DNA from: a virus
IMG/VR virus record: IMGVR_UViG_3300045988_034528
Length of the DNA: 64,000 nucleotides
Reading direction: 5' to 3' (one strand)
How positions within the stretch are numbered: the first letter of the stretch is position 1; each line of letters starts with the position of its first letter. This document shows positions 51,001 to 60,300 of this stretch, piece after piece. The position numbers were made by a program, and so were the translations under genes. The notes beneath the pieces are model-generated. The model was not told the origin of the DNA, searched no databases, and was given only the letters and a program-made list of their open reading frames with translations.

Positions 51001-53095
51001 ATTGAATGGAAAGAGGCTTACATCTTTACATGATATTATGAATGGTGACAAGGAATTTATCTCAAAGAATAATGCTGGATTCTTGGCTGCTTCTGTGGAT
51101 AATGTTAAAGACCCTGTGCTTGCAGCACTTAATCAGAATACTTTCACTGCTGATGCTTCTATGCTTCTTTCAAGATTAGGTTATAATCCTATTGAGATAG
51201 GTCTGTTAATGATGCAGCCTATAGTTCAAGAGATTACTCAGACCTATTTTAGAGAGAGTAGAGAAGGCAAAGACCAGGATACTATCATAAATGAAGTACT
51301 GGATAAGTATGAGAAGAAGGCTGCTATTAATAATGACTTGACTTATGATAACTACAAGAGTAATAACTTCTACATTGAAGAGCTTGCAGATAACATAATG
51401 CTTGCTAAGGAAGCTGTTACTGACAGGTCTCAGACTTCTGATTTCAGAAAGATTGAGTTCTATCCAAGACAAGTTGCAGTTGGATATTTGTTTAAGAGAG
51501 TTATGAACTCTGCCAAGGCTTTGAAACAAGTAGTACAAGCTACTAGGGCTGATACTCAAAATGGAGCTGCTGGTCCTACTATTGCAGATACAGAGTTAAA
51601 GATACAGAAAGTAAAAGGTCTGTTAGACCAGATAAAGAAAAATGACAAATTCCCATTGGAGAATGCAGATGTTATCAGTGATTCTATTAGTGTGGATATG
51701 TCTATAGAGAATGTAGAGGAGAGAATGAATACTATCAGAAAACAATTACTTGACAGTAAACTTCCTTTCTTACAGGCATTCTATACATTAGGTCTTAAAA
51801 TGACAGAGAACATGCTAGGGTCTTATTTCCCTCAATATTCTGAATCATTCAGAGCTGTAATTAATAAGCTTAGAGACATGACTAAGACAGGTAAATTAGA
51901 TGTAAAAACTATGAATAGTGTTTATAATGATTTGCTTGCTTATATAATGTCAAAAACTAAGTTCTTTGGTTCTGAGTTGGTCATAAATCCTAATTCAGAA
52001 GTAGGAGATAAAATTAGGAGTTCTGCTGAGAAAAGGAGGGATTTTATTAATTATTTTCCTGAATACTTTAAAGAGGTAGTTTCTGAAAATGAGGATATAG
52101 CTGAATTAGAGTTCATTAAAAGGCTTAAAGTAATTAGAGCAAATGACAATAATCCTGTAGCTACTTTGGTATTTAAAAATGTAGGTCAATTAAGTCCTAC
52201 TTTAAGAGAGAGATATATGAGGGACTGGGCAACATTATTATATAAGGATAATCCAGAAGCTCAAAAGCTCGCCCTTAATCTATTTAGATACAGTTTCTAT
52301 AGAAATGGCTTTGCTTTTGGTCCTAATACCTTTATTCACTTAGCACCTGTTGCATTAAGAAAGGCAGTACCAGAATACATAAGTACCCTAAGAGATTTAG
52401 TAAATTGGAATGAGGATGACTATAGTCAATTTGTGGACCAATATGTCTATAATCACTTGGATAATAGAAAATTGGTTCCTGAAATCCCTGATACAGCCTC
52501 TGTCCAGTTCATAGGAGAGGATAATGAAGTTAAGGATAAAGTTACATTTGTGATTGATGGTAATGCTACCTTTGGAGATGAGAAAGTCATCAAGAAAAGG
52601 GAAGATACTCCTGATGGTCCTACTTATGACTTCTTTAGATATATAGGTAAGAGAATCGGAGGAAAATACATTTATTACAAACTGTCTTCATTAAATACTA
52701 AACAAGTCAATGTTGCAACTTATGAAAGGATTGAACCATTAGGTTTCAGAAACAGCTTCATTGAATATGAATATGGCAAGGATGTAGAGGAGATGGAAAC
52801 TGTAATTGATAAGAATGAGAAAGATTATGACCCTTATGCAGGTACATTGTCAAGATTTGACTTTGGGGATGTTATACCTGACTATGATGCTATGCCTGAA
52901 TATCAAGAATCAGAGGAATATGTAAAATCTCTTCTAACAGATATATCTGCAATGGCTTTTCAGCAAACATACAATGTTCCTCTTGATACTTCTGCTCCAA
53001 AGGCTGATGATGTAACAGCTATTCAGCCTAATACAGAGTATAAGGATGAGAATGGTGATAGTATTTGTGATGCTCCAACATTATATAGTTTATAA
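45020..53095 (+). CDS. giant virion-type RNA polymerase (two-barrel RNAP homolog of crAss-like phages)
   Basis: 2691-aa ORF. TTLSGSDFDVDKMYIM (Asp codons 50138, 50144, 50150) mirrors the universal NADFDGDQM metal-binding loop of multisubunit RNAP beta-prime. Such giant RNAPs are a hallmark of crAss-like phages. Confidence 0.75.
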   Translation: MSTNPTCLVVTPKIRELAAKFPNETVESVKNLVSLWQAKNNKSSEDIPLGSELNAFIKEIRKESPTTALPISKYVNTEGKNKGFLTKKGKELLSTSFDKEKFNEGTTKVSMYPGSSGTEIRIDFTSPTTGNSAFAIYYGSPTRKIWDLFNSSGSNATNVNDDRYWNNINKIVPESIRDLVESGKYSEMDSTAVETDPETLMVKRTALEDYFEKEYNVLKWGRSTEYNTIQIKKAISLLSRPEEKTTDALSSSFDTPRVTSVEEQQKVDLLFDPKTRKDRVTLIARLFSNEVDDALQEIADSLKRRIDDASGVEREELQAELNSLDRFSAIKKCTPAGIFKRVANIFNSYVQDTEEGRIQQELNKINAEENALIEAGEIDESERFSDEEKLEAAKKKAAYKNQEYKKIVDDPSVYKALAEKASTLLVMTEGIRMDPNYIAPADANLNDDDPEGNSEVDDEAEDWRQEEAYKDGWMTNFRQVSSQESLSQAVRKVIRQVPKLDYEGMYEEDDLGFTRYLDADYVHATLIDKLRNMINSDDMIPLLENMAKIKPWVNQVIELLQGDETLFSQFYQDFRKDFMPYWIQKKKMLPDGTFKMETIAVNKPEGVYYLLDAWRDNYENGVQLDDDSVYEKNGEINKDNAAKGLQWTVTLNNMFQNLDTESRLQLLEREDVWNTIMKLLHMLGIDANPSVLRTALTDIKTTPGITFTDPIMLLLPQLNIIFSGIKKGEIKSETREDGTEKRGDLINTFGSAYNMIASMMAEVTEDDIESSVRENDKSYYSHVTPNYLGKLIKNLKNVMNDKERFEQFMQTEFKQYEWFFKDGHWRNDWLRQLTESDELRKGLNHKVVLNSDKVDYTNWDDLDYTLVLLTEYWGDPDSTKSSIKYAWYHVPILSDSPSAEFIRFRKYTTGDVLDENGKKRTYDDVILDKLVDLVNQEYDRIMLVRERDEAYQSGDKSVEPIANYDIVRKKDGSIKSMGGAEFKFLPSLNNLRYDNGETFIDRLSRLKSKGTGAELRNFLRTTLNDIMEDGFEQTYKGWVRVGLLDELPNGKYKYLPFEGQSKQNAITAKALIKAKDALGSLWNTNMALMLRAYNNNSAFDSREANSLMEQIKALLTDKTTRGEMKLKDAQSISRSLFVKNNAKDALREYYWNSKLATSQIIQLTTTDLAFYKNLEDFQKRYKEVHAPALRLNTKATYKGERIGRDWERTIYLKDDEIVSSVLEDIKTVLDERVRRNEMTKIDRDNIISKFRNVNVADAQAYRSLSSYRAILGMSGQWTDDMEQAYNNFKNGDWNIKDFNIIWQTKKPYVYTQVNNNSGIKGHTGIKTPVQHKNSEFLLLAIHELIAGPLGKSGKLKAINKFMEDNQIDVVQFESTTKVGKQGVIDLNDVNTEADVIQRLKDTTGIGFGNENPNVVHKVSYEDYGIQTATPEHAIDTVQLVGTQIRKLITADISDDTIIEVNGKKMTKKEWIDLYNAINTENILQAFADVDKIFKDPKKVEEILLEEIRGNQRYGMDMMRACTLDENNNFNIPLFDPVQSQRVQTLLNSVIKGGSKKVSGITKQKIRGGALIQVSDYGLTDQLNIVFKDKNGNPLNYELYKKEYPNTTRESYEEFVKNAQKEGGLSIMYLECYMPAYSRKFYEPLMDPNTHQLDVTKLPDDLRKLIGYRVPTEDKYSMAPLYIKGFLPQQNGSAIMLPAEITTLSGSDFDVDKMYIMLPEFNIKKLYNIKGAWDDFYLNNPDIVDEIDRNLGEALTQFIKEQTEDWDEAADLDDIEDITKEFKEWLKKEGIKRYQFSETAQKRFSEWFRTNKKNYFIKENIEKIKYDFNKSPQENSLKARNNLLIDMMYGVLTNADTASKILNPGGFDYQKKAARIMTILNDSYESDLAQALKDVGVELNKTVQKGEKSYPKSIASYLFDLDLDTLDKLAEKTKVKMDPLSPRTQVMLHQQNMTGAKLIGIYANHNANHALMQHTASNKDEDKGLALSKEYGSFVLNGKRLTSLHDIMNGDKEFISKNNAGFLAASVDNVKDPVLAALNQNTFTADASMLLSRLGYNPIEIGLLMMQPIVQEITQTYFRESREGKDQDTIINEVLDKYEKKAAINNDLTYDNYKSNNFYIEELADNIMLAKEAVTDRSQTSDFRKIEFYPRQVAVGYLFKRVMNSAKALKQVVQATRADTQNGAAGPTIADTELKIQKVKGLLDQIKKNDKFPLENADVISDSISVDMSIENVEERMNTIRKQLLDSKLPFLQAFYTLGLKMTENMLGSYFPQYSESFRAVINKLRDMTKTGKLDVKTMNSVYNDLLAYIMSKTKFFGSELVINPNSEVGDKIRSSAEKRRDFINYFPEYFKEVVSENEDIAELEFIKRLKVIRANDNNPVATLVFKNVGQLSPTLRERYMRDWATLLYKDNPEAQKLALNLFRYSFYRNGFAFGPNTFIHLAPVALRKAVPEYISTLRDLVNWNEDDYSQFVDQYVYNHLDNRKLVPEIPDTASVQFIGEDNEVKDKVTFVIDGNATFGDEKVIKKREDTPDGPTYDFFRYIGKRIGGKYIYYKLSSLNTKQVNVATYERIEPLGFRNSFIEYEYGKDVEEMETVIDKNEKDYDPYAGTLSRFDFGDVIPDYDAMPEYQESEEYVKSLLTDISAMAFQQTYNVPLDTSAPKADDVTAIQPNTEYKDENGDSICDAPTLYSL

Positions 53096-53112
53096 CAGTT
53101 TATAGAATAAAC

Positions 53113-56100
53113 ATGGCAAGAAGTTGTGCAATTATTCCAAAGGTAAAGAATAGGAATGGTCAAGTAGTGGACAGCAAGTTATTTAAGGACTTGCTGTCCT
53201 TCACTTCAAACAATAGAAGTGAGGCTACAAGACTATATCTTATTACAAAAGCTGACTCTTTTATAAGAGACTGGAATCCAAGGCTAACATTAGATGAAAA
53301 CAATGAACCTACATTGAGAAGTTTGATAAAGCAGACTAATCTTAGTAAAGTCATTCCAGAAACTAAAGTACTTGAGAGACTTAATAGGGAGATTGGGTAC
53401 TATAAGAAAGGAATGGACAGACCATCCCTATGGGTAAACAATGATGAGAATTATCAAAAGTTGAAACAAAGGGCTATAGCCTTTAATCAGAACTCAGAGT
53501 ATAGGGATGATTATGTGGCTAATATAATCAAGATTCAGGACAATGAGTCCCCAAGAGTATTCATTGGAGTAAAGATTGAGAAAAGAAATAGGCTTAACTC
53601 TGTCAATGCAGATAAGATGGAATACAACGAAAACCTTAATAACAGGTTGAGAGGTATTCTTGAATCTCATGGAATAGGGATAGGTGCTTTGACTGACCTT
53701 GAAAAGAGAATGGGTATTCATGGTATAACTGACTTTGATGTTGCAAGAAATGCAGCAAATGGTCTTGTTGAAATGATTAGGCTTGCTAATGGTATTCAAG
53801 GTGAAAGAGCACTTCCTGAGGAATTTGCACACTTTGCCATTGAAGCTATGGGAGATAATCCACTTATCAATAGACTTATCAATAATATATCTTCCAATGG
53901 ACTGGCAAGAGAAATTATAGGTGAGGACTATGACACCTATGATACCTTATATCATAGTGATGAGACTAAGTTAGCAAAAGAAGCTGCGGGTAAATTACTT
54001 GCAAAACATCTATTACAGAGTGAGGAAGTTCCTATAAAGCCATATAGAAACTTACTACAAAGAGTAATTCAGGCAGTTAAGAATCTCTTTAAGAATATTA
54101 ATGCAAGTCCTATACAAAGAGCTATGAAGGAGGCTGACAAGAACTTTGGTTCTTTAGCACAGCAAATACTTAATGGCAGTATGGATGAGGTTATTGATAT
54201 TAGTAATATTACTTCAAGTGGGGTATTTTATAGTACCTCAGAGAGAGTGGCAAGAGATAAGAAGTTACTTCAAGGAATCATTGAGAATGAGTTGAAGAGA
54301 TTGAAGATTTATGAAAAGAGAAATCCTAATAGCCAGTTTAGTGCTAATCAAAGGTTACTCATTGATAGATTGGATATTGAATTAGCTGATAATAATGAAA
54401 TTGAGGGTATTTATACTTTTGTAGAGAATGCTCTTGAAGAATTGACTAAGGTAAGTGACAGACTTACTATGTTACAGAATACTCCTGCTACTAATGTTAA
54501 TGAAAGGGCTGGTGTTCTAAGAGATGTCAGAAACTACTTGTATAGTTACAAGCACATTACTGATGATATTAGAAAGGCTCTTATTGATGAAGAAAGATAT
54601 GCAGACAATAGATATGGTCAGAGAGTAAGGGTTGTGTTAGATAATACAACTACACTACTTGGAGACTTGTTTGTCAGATACAACAATGTAGCAATGCCTC
54701 TTTTTGTTGATTTCATTAAGCCTTTTGTGGGAGAGAGTATAACTGTTCCATTTGGTAAGTTCAAGGGTAAGACTATGACTGCTGAAGACTTGGTGAAGGT
54801 AGCTGATAAGGACATATCTTTCTTTGATAGATGGCTTGACTCTATGGCAGACTCTTCAGATTATATGCTGAAAGTTATGGACCAAGCTGTCAAAAAGAGT
54901 AAAGAAAATGCAAGGTTGGAGACTATCAATGTTATGAAGGAACTTCAAGCTGCTACCATTAAGTTAGAGCAAGCTGGGATTAAGAATACTGACTGGATGT
55001 TTGAAAGAGACAGTAAAGGTAATCTTACAGGTAATTATATCTCTGAGATTAACCAAGGTCTATTCAAGGAGAAAGTTAGGGAAATGTTCAAGTCTCTTAA
55101 TGAAAAGTATGGCAATAATCCTGTAGGAGATAATGTAGAGAAGTACAGAAAAGAGAGACAAGCTTGGTTTGATGATAATATGGAAGTGGTCAATGGAAAG
55201 AAGCAGCCTAAAGTGTCAATCTATGGCAATAAGGCTTATCAGAACTTGAATCCTGCCCAAAAAGAATACTACAATAGGATTATGGAAATAAAAGCTAAGT
55301 TGGATTCACACCTTCCTGATAAGTACACTACCTTAACTAATGCAGTTAAAATCAGAAAGGACTTACTTGAAAGAGTAAAGGCATCTGATAGTGTAAGGTC
55401 AGGTAGTACACAAGTATGGGAAGCTATTAAAGACCAATTCATTAGAAGGACAGATGACACTGAGTTTGGAGATAGGGCTACAGTAAAGGACTTTGAAGGT
55501 AAAGAGGTACAAGTACTTCCTATCTATTATACTAAGATGAAAGAGGGTGAAAGTCCTAATGACCTATCTACTGATATAGTATCTACTCTTACAGCCTATG
55601 CAGCTATGGCTAATGACTTTAATGAAATGAACAAAGTAATTGATGTTCTTGAGCTTGGTAGGGATATGCTAAAGGAGAGGGAGATTATACAGACAAGAGG
55701 TGGTAAACCATTGGTTGAAAAGTTCAAGTCTGTAGGTAGGAAAGTTGAATCTACTCTTACTAAATCTGGTGATGAAACAAGATTCATGCAAAGACTAAAT
55801 GACTTCTTTGAGATGCAAGTCTATGGTAGATATATGGCTGATGAAGGTACATTTGGTAATACTAAGATTGATAAGGGAAAGGTGGCTAACTTTGTTAATA
55901 GGATGACTTCTCTTAATACATTAGCTGTCAATGTGCTATCAGGTATTTCCAATGTGGCTACTGGTGGAGTTATGATGAGAATTGAATCTTTCTCTGGAGA
56001 GTTCTTCAATGAATCTAATACTCTAAGAGCTGATAGAAACTATGGTCAAGCATTACCTGAGTATCTTGCAGAGATTGGTAACAGAGTTAAGACAAGTAAA

Positions 56101-57168
56101 CTTGCTCTGTGGGATGAATTGTTCAATGTATTGCAGGAGTATGAGACTGATGTTAGAGAAGTAAACTTTGACAGAAAGACTTGGTTCAGTAGAATGTTTG
56201 GTACTTCTGCTCTATTCCTTATGAATAATGCTGGTGAACATTGGATGCAGAATAGAACCTCATTAGCACTTGCAGATGCTTATAAAATGAAAGCTTCTGA
56301 TGGTAAAATAGTTTCCTTGTGGGATGCTATGGAGGTGGTTCCTATTGATAAGAATAACAAGAAATTAGGTGCTAAATTGCAGTTAAAGCAAGGTTATACT
56401 AAGGAAGATGGTTCTGCATTTACAAAGGATGATATTATAGCATTTAGTAGAAAATCTGCTGCTATAAATCAGAGAATGCACGGTATTTACAATAAGGCTG
56501 ACAGAAGTGCAGTACAAAGGTTAGCTGTAGGTAGAATGGGTGTCATGTTTAGAAAGTGGATAAAGCCAAGCCTAAATAGGAGATTCAAATCTGCTACATA
56601 TAACTATGACTTGCAAGCATGGACAGAGGGTTACTATAATACCACAAGTAGGTTCTTGATGCAGCTTGCTAAGGAATTAAAAGAAGGTCAGTTTACATTA
56701 GCTGCAAATTGGAAAAATTTAACCAAGACTGAAAAGGCAAATATCAAGAGAGCTGCAACTGAAGTTGGTCATTTCTTAGCAGTAGCACTTGTACTTGGTC
56801 TTATGGACTGGTCAGATGACAAGGATAGACCTTGGTTGGCTAAGATGGCAGAATATCAGGCAAGAAGATTATACACTGAATTAGGTTCTTTGATTCCCGG
56901 ACCTCAGATGGTTGGAGAAGGATTGAAGATTATAAAGTCTCCTGCTGCTGGTATTAATACTCTTGAAAATACTCTTGATTTAATTGGGCTTATGAACCCA
57001 TTCAATTATGAAGTATTTGCTGGAGAGGAAGCTCTGATACAATTAGGTAGATATAAAGGAGAATCAAGGGCTTATAGGTTATTCTTTGAATCTCCTATTA
57101 TCCCAATGAACAAGACTATTTATAGAGGTTTGCATCCTGAGGAAGGTATTCCATTTTTTAAACAATAA
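53113..57168 (+). CDS. giant hypothetical protein co-transcribed with the RNAP (probable virion/ejected protein)
   Basis: 1351-aa ORF starting 18 nt after the RNAP gene. One clear hydrophobic helix (VGHFLAVALVLGLMDW). No catalytic motif recognised. Confidence 0.7.
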   Translation: MARSCAIIPKVKNRNGQVVDSKLFKDLLSFTSNNRSEATRLYLITKADSFIRDWNPRLTLDENNEPTLRSLIKQTNLSKVIPETKVLERLNREIGYYKKGMDRPSLWVNNDENYQKLKQRAIAFNQNSEYRDDYVANIIKIQDNESPRVFIGVKIEKRNRLNSVNADKMEYNENLNNRLRGILESHGIGIGALTDLEKRMGIHGITDFDVARNAANGLVEMIRLANGIQGERALPEEFAHFAIEAMGDNPLINRLINNISSNGLAREIIGEDYDTYDTLYHSDETKLAKEAAGKLLAKHLLQSEEVPIKPYRNLLQRVIQAVKNLFKNINASPIQRAMKEADKNFGSLAQQILNGSMDEVIDISNITSSGVFYSTSERVARDKKLLQGIIENELKRLKIYEKRNPNSQFSANQRLLIDRLDIELADNNEIEGIYTFVENALEELTKVSDRLTMLQNTPATNVNERAGVLRDVRNYLYSYKHITDDIRKALIDEERYADNRYGQRVRVVLDNTTTLLGDLFVRYNNVAMPLFVDFIKPFVGESITVPFGKFKGKTMTAEDLVKVADKDISFFDRWLDSMADSSDYMLKVMDQAVKKSKENARLETINVMKELQAATIKLEQAGIKNTDWMFERDSKGNLTGNYISEINQGLFKEKVREMFKSLNEKYGNNPVGDNVEKYRKERQAWFDDNMEVVNGKKQPKVSIYGNKAYQNLNPAQKEYYNRIMEIKAKLDSHLPDKYTTLTNAVKIRKDLLERVKASDSVRSGSTQVWEAIKDQFIRRTDDTEFGDRATVKDFEGKEVQVLPIYYTKMKEGESPNDLSTDIVSTLTAYAAMANDFNEMNKVIDVLELGRDMLKEREIIQTRGGKPLVEKFKSVGRKVESTLTKSGDETRFMQRLNDFFEMQVYGRYMADEGTFGNTKIDKGKVANFVNRMTSLNTLAVNVLSGISNVATGGVMMRIESFSGEFFNESNTLRADRNYGQALPEYLAEIGNRVKTSKLALWDELFNVLQEYETDVREVNFDRKTWFSRMFGTSALFLMNNAGEHWMQNRTSLALADAYKMKASDGKIVSLWDAMEVVPIDKNNKKLGAKLQLKQGYTKEDGSAFTKDDIIAFSRKSAAINQRMHGIYNKADRSAVQRLAVGRMGVMFRKWIKPSLNRRFKSATYNYDLQAWTEGYYNTTSRFLMQLAKELKEGQFTLAANWKNLTKTEKANIKRAATEVGHFLAVALVLGLMDWSDDKDRPWLAKMAEYQARRLYTELGSLIPGPQMVGEGLKIIKSPAAGINTLENTLDLIGLMNPFNYEVFAGEEALIQLGRYKGESRAYRLFFESPIIPMNKTIYRGLHPEEGIPFFKQ

Positions 57169-57266
57169 GATTATGGGTTTATATTTAGTAGTATTAATTA
57201 TTGGTATTCCTTTATGTATATTAGCATTAGGATTTCTAAATAAAGAAGATTAAGTTGTTAATAAGA

Positions 57267-57312
57267 AAGGGGAGTGAGTAGATTAAGTTCTACTCCTCCC
57301 CTTATTTTTTTA
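57267..57312 (+). terminator. rho-independent terminator for the plus-strand block
   Basis: AAGGGGAGTGAGTAG-ATTAAGTT-CTACTCCTCCCCTT followed by ATTTTTTTATTTT. Confidence 0.7.
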
Positions 57313-57314
57313 TT

Positions 57315-57356
57315 TTCTATAAAATAAAAGGGAAGTAACATTTCTGTTACCTCCCT
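57315..57356 (-). terminator. rho-independent terminator for the convergent minus-strand gene
   Basis: The minus strand reads GGGAGGTAACA-GAAA-TGTTACTTCCC followed by TTTTATTTTAT, about 25 nt after the stop at 57380. Confidence 0.65.
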
Positions 57357-57379
57357 AATAAAAAATTTCATCCTACTGA

Positions 57380-60300
57380 CTAAAAAGCTATACATTTAAT
57401 AGCTTGGTCTCTCTCTTCTTGAGAAATTGAATCAAACTTCTCTACTGTCCAACCTTTCTTCAATAGATTTTTCTGCATCTCTGTATCTAAAGACTCAAAA
57501 GAAGAATTAGGTACTTTTCTATATCTAATATCATCATTAGTTCTAGAGAATGTTCCTACATTATCAGTAGCTGATTTAATTTGATTAGGATTAAATACTA
57601 CATATTCACTATAATTAGCATCACTTATAATAATATGCTGACCATCGTTATCTCCTATATTAGAATCTTTTTTTGTATAACCTTTTTTACGAGTTCCTTC
57701 ATAATTAGTTATTTTAGGATTTCTAATGTTTAAGAAGAAAGCTCTAGTACTTGGTTTTTCTATTTCCCAAGCTTCATCCATCTTTTTCTTATCTTCATCA
57801 TTTAATAGTCCTTCTCTTACTAAATCAGCTAACTCAATCCACTTTTCTTCACTCTTAAAAGTATATATTTCTTCATAGAATTTTGCATTAGATTTAGAAG
57901 TAGTAAAATATGTTCCTATATCTCCTTTTTTAATACCTGCCCCAAATTGTCCTCCTTTAGTATTGAAAATCTTAGCACTACTACCTCCATGATAAACAAC
58001 TAAAGGTTCACCATTTTCATCAACTACTTTAGAAGCATTTTCTGGGTCATTTTCCCAATCACCAAACCAATCTTTGAAAGCTTTAGTTCTTACTTGAGCA
58101 TATTGTCTTTCAGTAAGATTAGATACTGGACCTCCAGGTTTAACTAATAATTTACCTTCAGAGTTTCTAGGAGCTTTAGTAAGAATATCTTGCATTTCTT
58201 TAGAGTATTCTTCTTGTCCTGCTCTAGCTTGACTAAGAGTTTTTACAGGCAATTCTCTATTACTATATTCTCCTCTATTTATCATTTGATAGTATGCAGT
58301 AAGATGAGGTCTAATACTATTCCAATTAGTTACTTTAATCCATAGGTCTCTAAAGAAGTTTTTAATTTTACCTAATAATCCAGCATTTTGTCTAGTAGTA
58401 ACATACTCTCTGAATCCTTCTGCCATATCTTCTTCAAGAGAAAGATTATCTTTTTCACCATATAATTTCCTTGCTTCATCATATAGTGCTTGTCTTTCAT
58501 CATTGTCAAGAAGGAGATTAAATACAGCATGGAATGCTTCATGGTATGCAGTACCTTCAGCAGCTATGTCAGACAATGTGATTACACCTTTATCAAATTG
58601 ACCCCAAGCTAAAGTACCCCTCTTACCTACTTTAATAAGACCTTTTACTACCTTTACTCTATCTGATTCACTTAATTGTGGAAGTACTTTATTTAACCAT
58701 TTAAGTTCTTTTTTCTCATCCCACTTTTCATAATCAGGTGATTTTACTTTTCTTAATTTATGTCTTGTTCTTGAGGCTTTCTTATTGTTTATTGCCTGTT
58801 CCTTTTGAGTAGTATAGGCAGCACCTGTCTGGGTATTACCTTGATTAATAGTTGCAGGAGTTTCCACAGTAGTGATAGGAGTAGCATTTACAGTAGGTAC
58901 TGCATCAGGGTCAAACAATATAGTCTTTTCTGATGCTAATTCCTTAACTTTCTGAGGCTTAGCTTCAAGTCCTTTCTTAATTGCATCCTCAACTTGTGAT
59001 TGGATCATACCCTCCTGCACCTGATTATTCTTCAAGAATAAGAATGTCTTACCATTAGGGAATACTGCATAGAAGCTGTTTGAAGCTACATGGACTACTT
59101 CAGTTTCTCTTCCAAATCCCTTTGTAATATTAGGAACTTTAGTTATATAAACTTCAACCCCATCAATTACAGTAAGTGGTGTAACATATCCTTTATGTAA
59201 TTTGCCATCCAACTCAAAGTAACCTACTCCCTCATCAGCATTATTCATACTGTGTTCAGGTGTTAAATCTTCAATAGGGTTCTGTGTCTCTAATGAAGTC
59301 TCAAAGATAGGTAATACTGTCTGAGCTTGTGCTGGAGTAGCAGGAGTTTCTGTAGATTTATCTACTTTAACTGCACTTGCTAAAGGCACATTAACAGCAG
59401 GATTATATGCAATAGGAATACCCTTTTCACTTTGTACTGCTGATACATTCTCCTTATCATAACTCAATACAAATGGCATTACAGCTAACTTAGTAACTGG
59501 TACACCATACTGAGATTCAAATAGGTTCTTGTAAGCAGAAAGTTGTAAAGTATAGTAATCTTTTGTACTCATTCTCTGAGTAGCAGATGGAGTAGTAAAG
59601 TAATTAACCTTGTGACCATATCTGTCTGTAAAGTCATAGAAGCTGTATCTGCTTGTCTTCACATCATAGATTCTAAAGTTACCATTCTTATCAACAGAGA
59701 GAATATCAACCTCACCTGCAATTCTTGTACCATCAGGATATTTTTGGAATAATACTATGTTATCAGCAAGGAATCTCTCTCCCATTTGCTCCATATTTGA
59801 CTTAACTCTATTAAGAGTAGTAATCAAATCTATGAAAGCATTCTCTGACATATTGGAGGGCTTTACTATCTTAGATACATCTTTTATAGTAAAGTACTGT
59901 CTAATGATACTATCTACTGCTAAACCAGCATCAAGTGCCCTTTGTGAATTAGTACTAGACATCTTGTCTCTTACTATATTCATAATAGTATCTCTACTCT
60001 TGGCATCAGTCTTATCTCTGTAGGCAGTCAAGTCTATCTTAAACTTGTTCTCCAAGTGTTTCAGATAGTTCTCATACTGAGTAGGATTATCTACAAACTT
60101 GCTAAGATTAAGTCTTGCTAATTCAAGAGTCTTTGTCTGCTTGTCAGATACTATCCAATTAGAGCCTAATCTGCTATGTACTCTACTATATTGGTGATAT
60201 TCACCATCATCTTCAAGTACATAATAAAACTCTCCATCAGTTCTTGTCTTGTCTACTCTCTTTTGGTTCTCATATATTTCACTGATAACCTCCTTAGACT

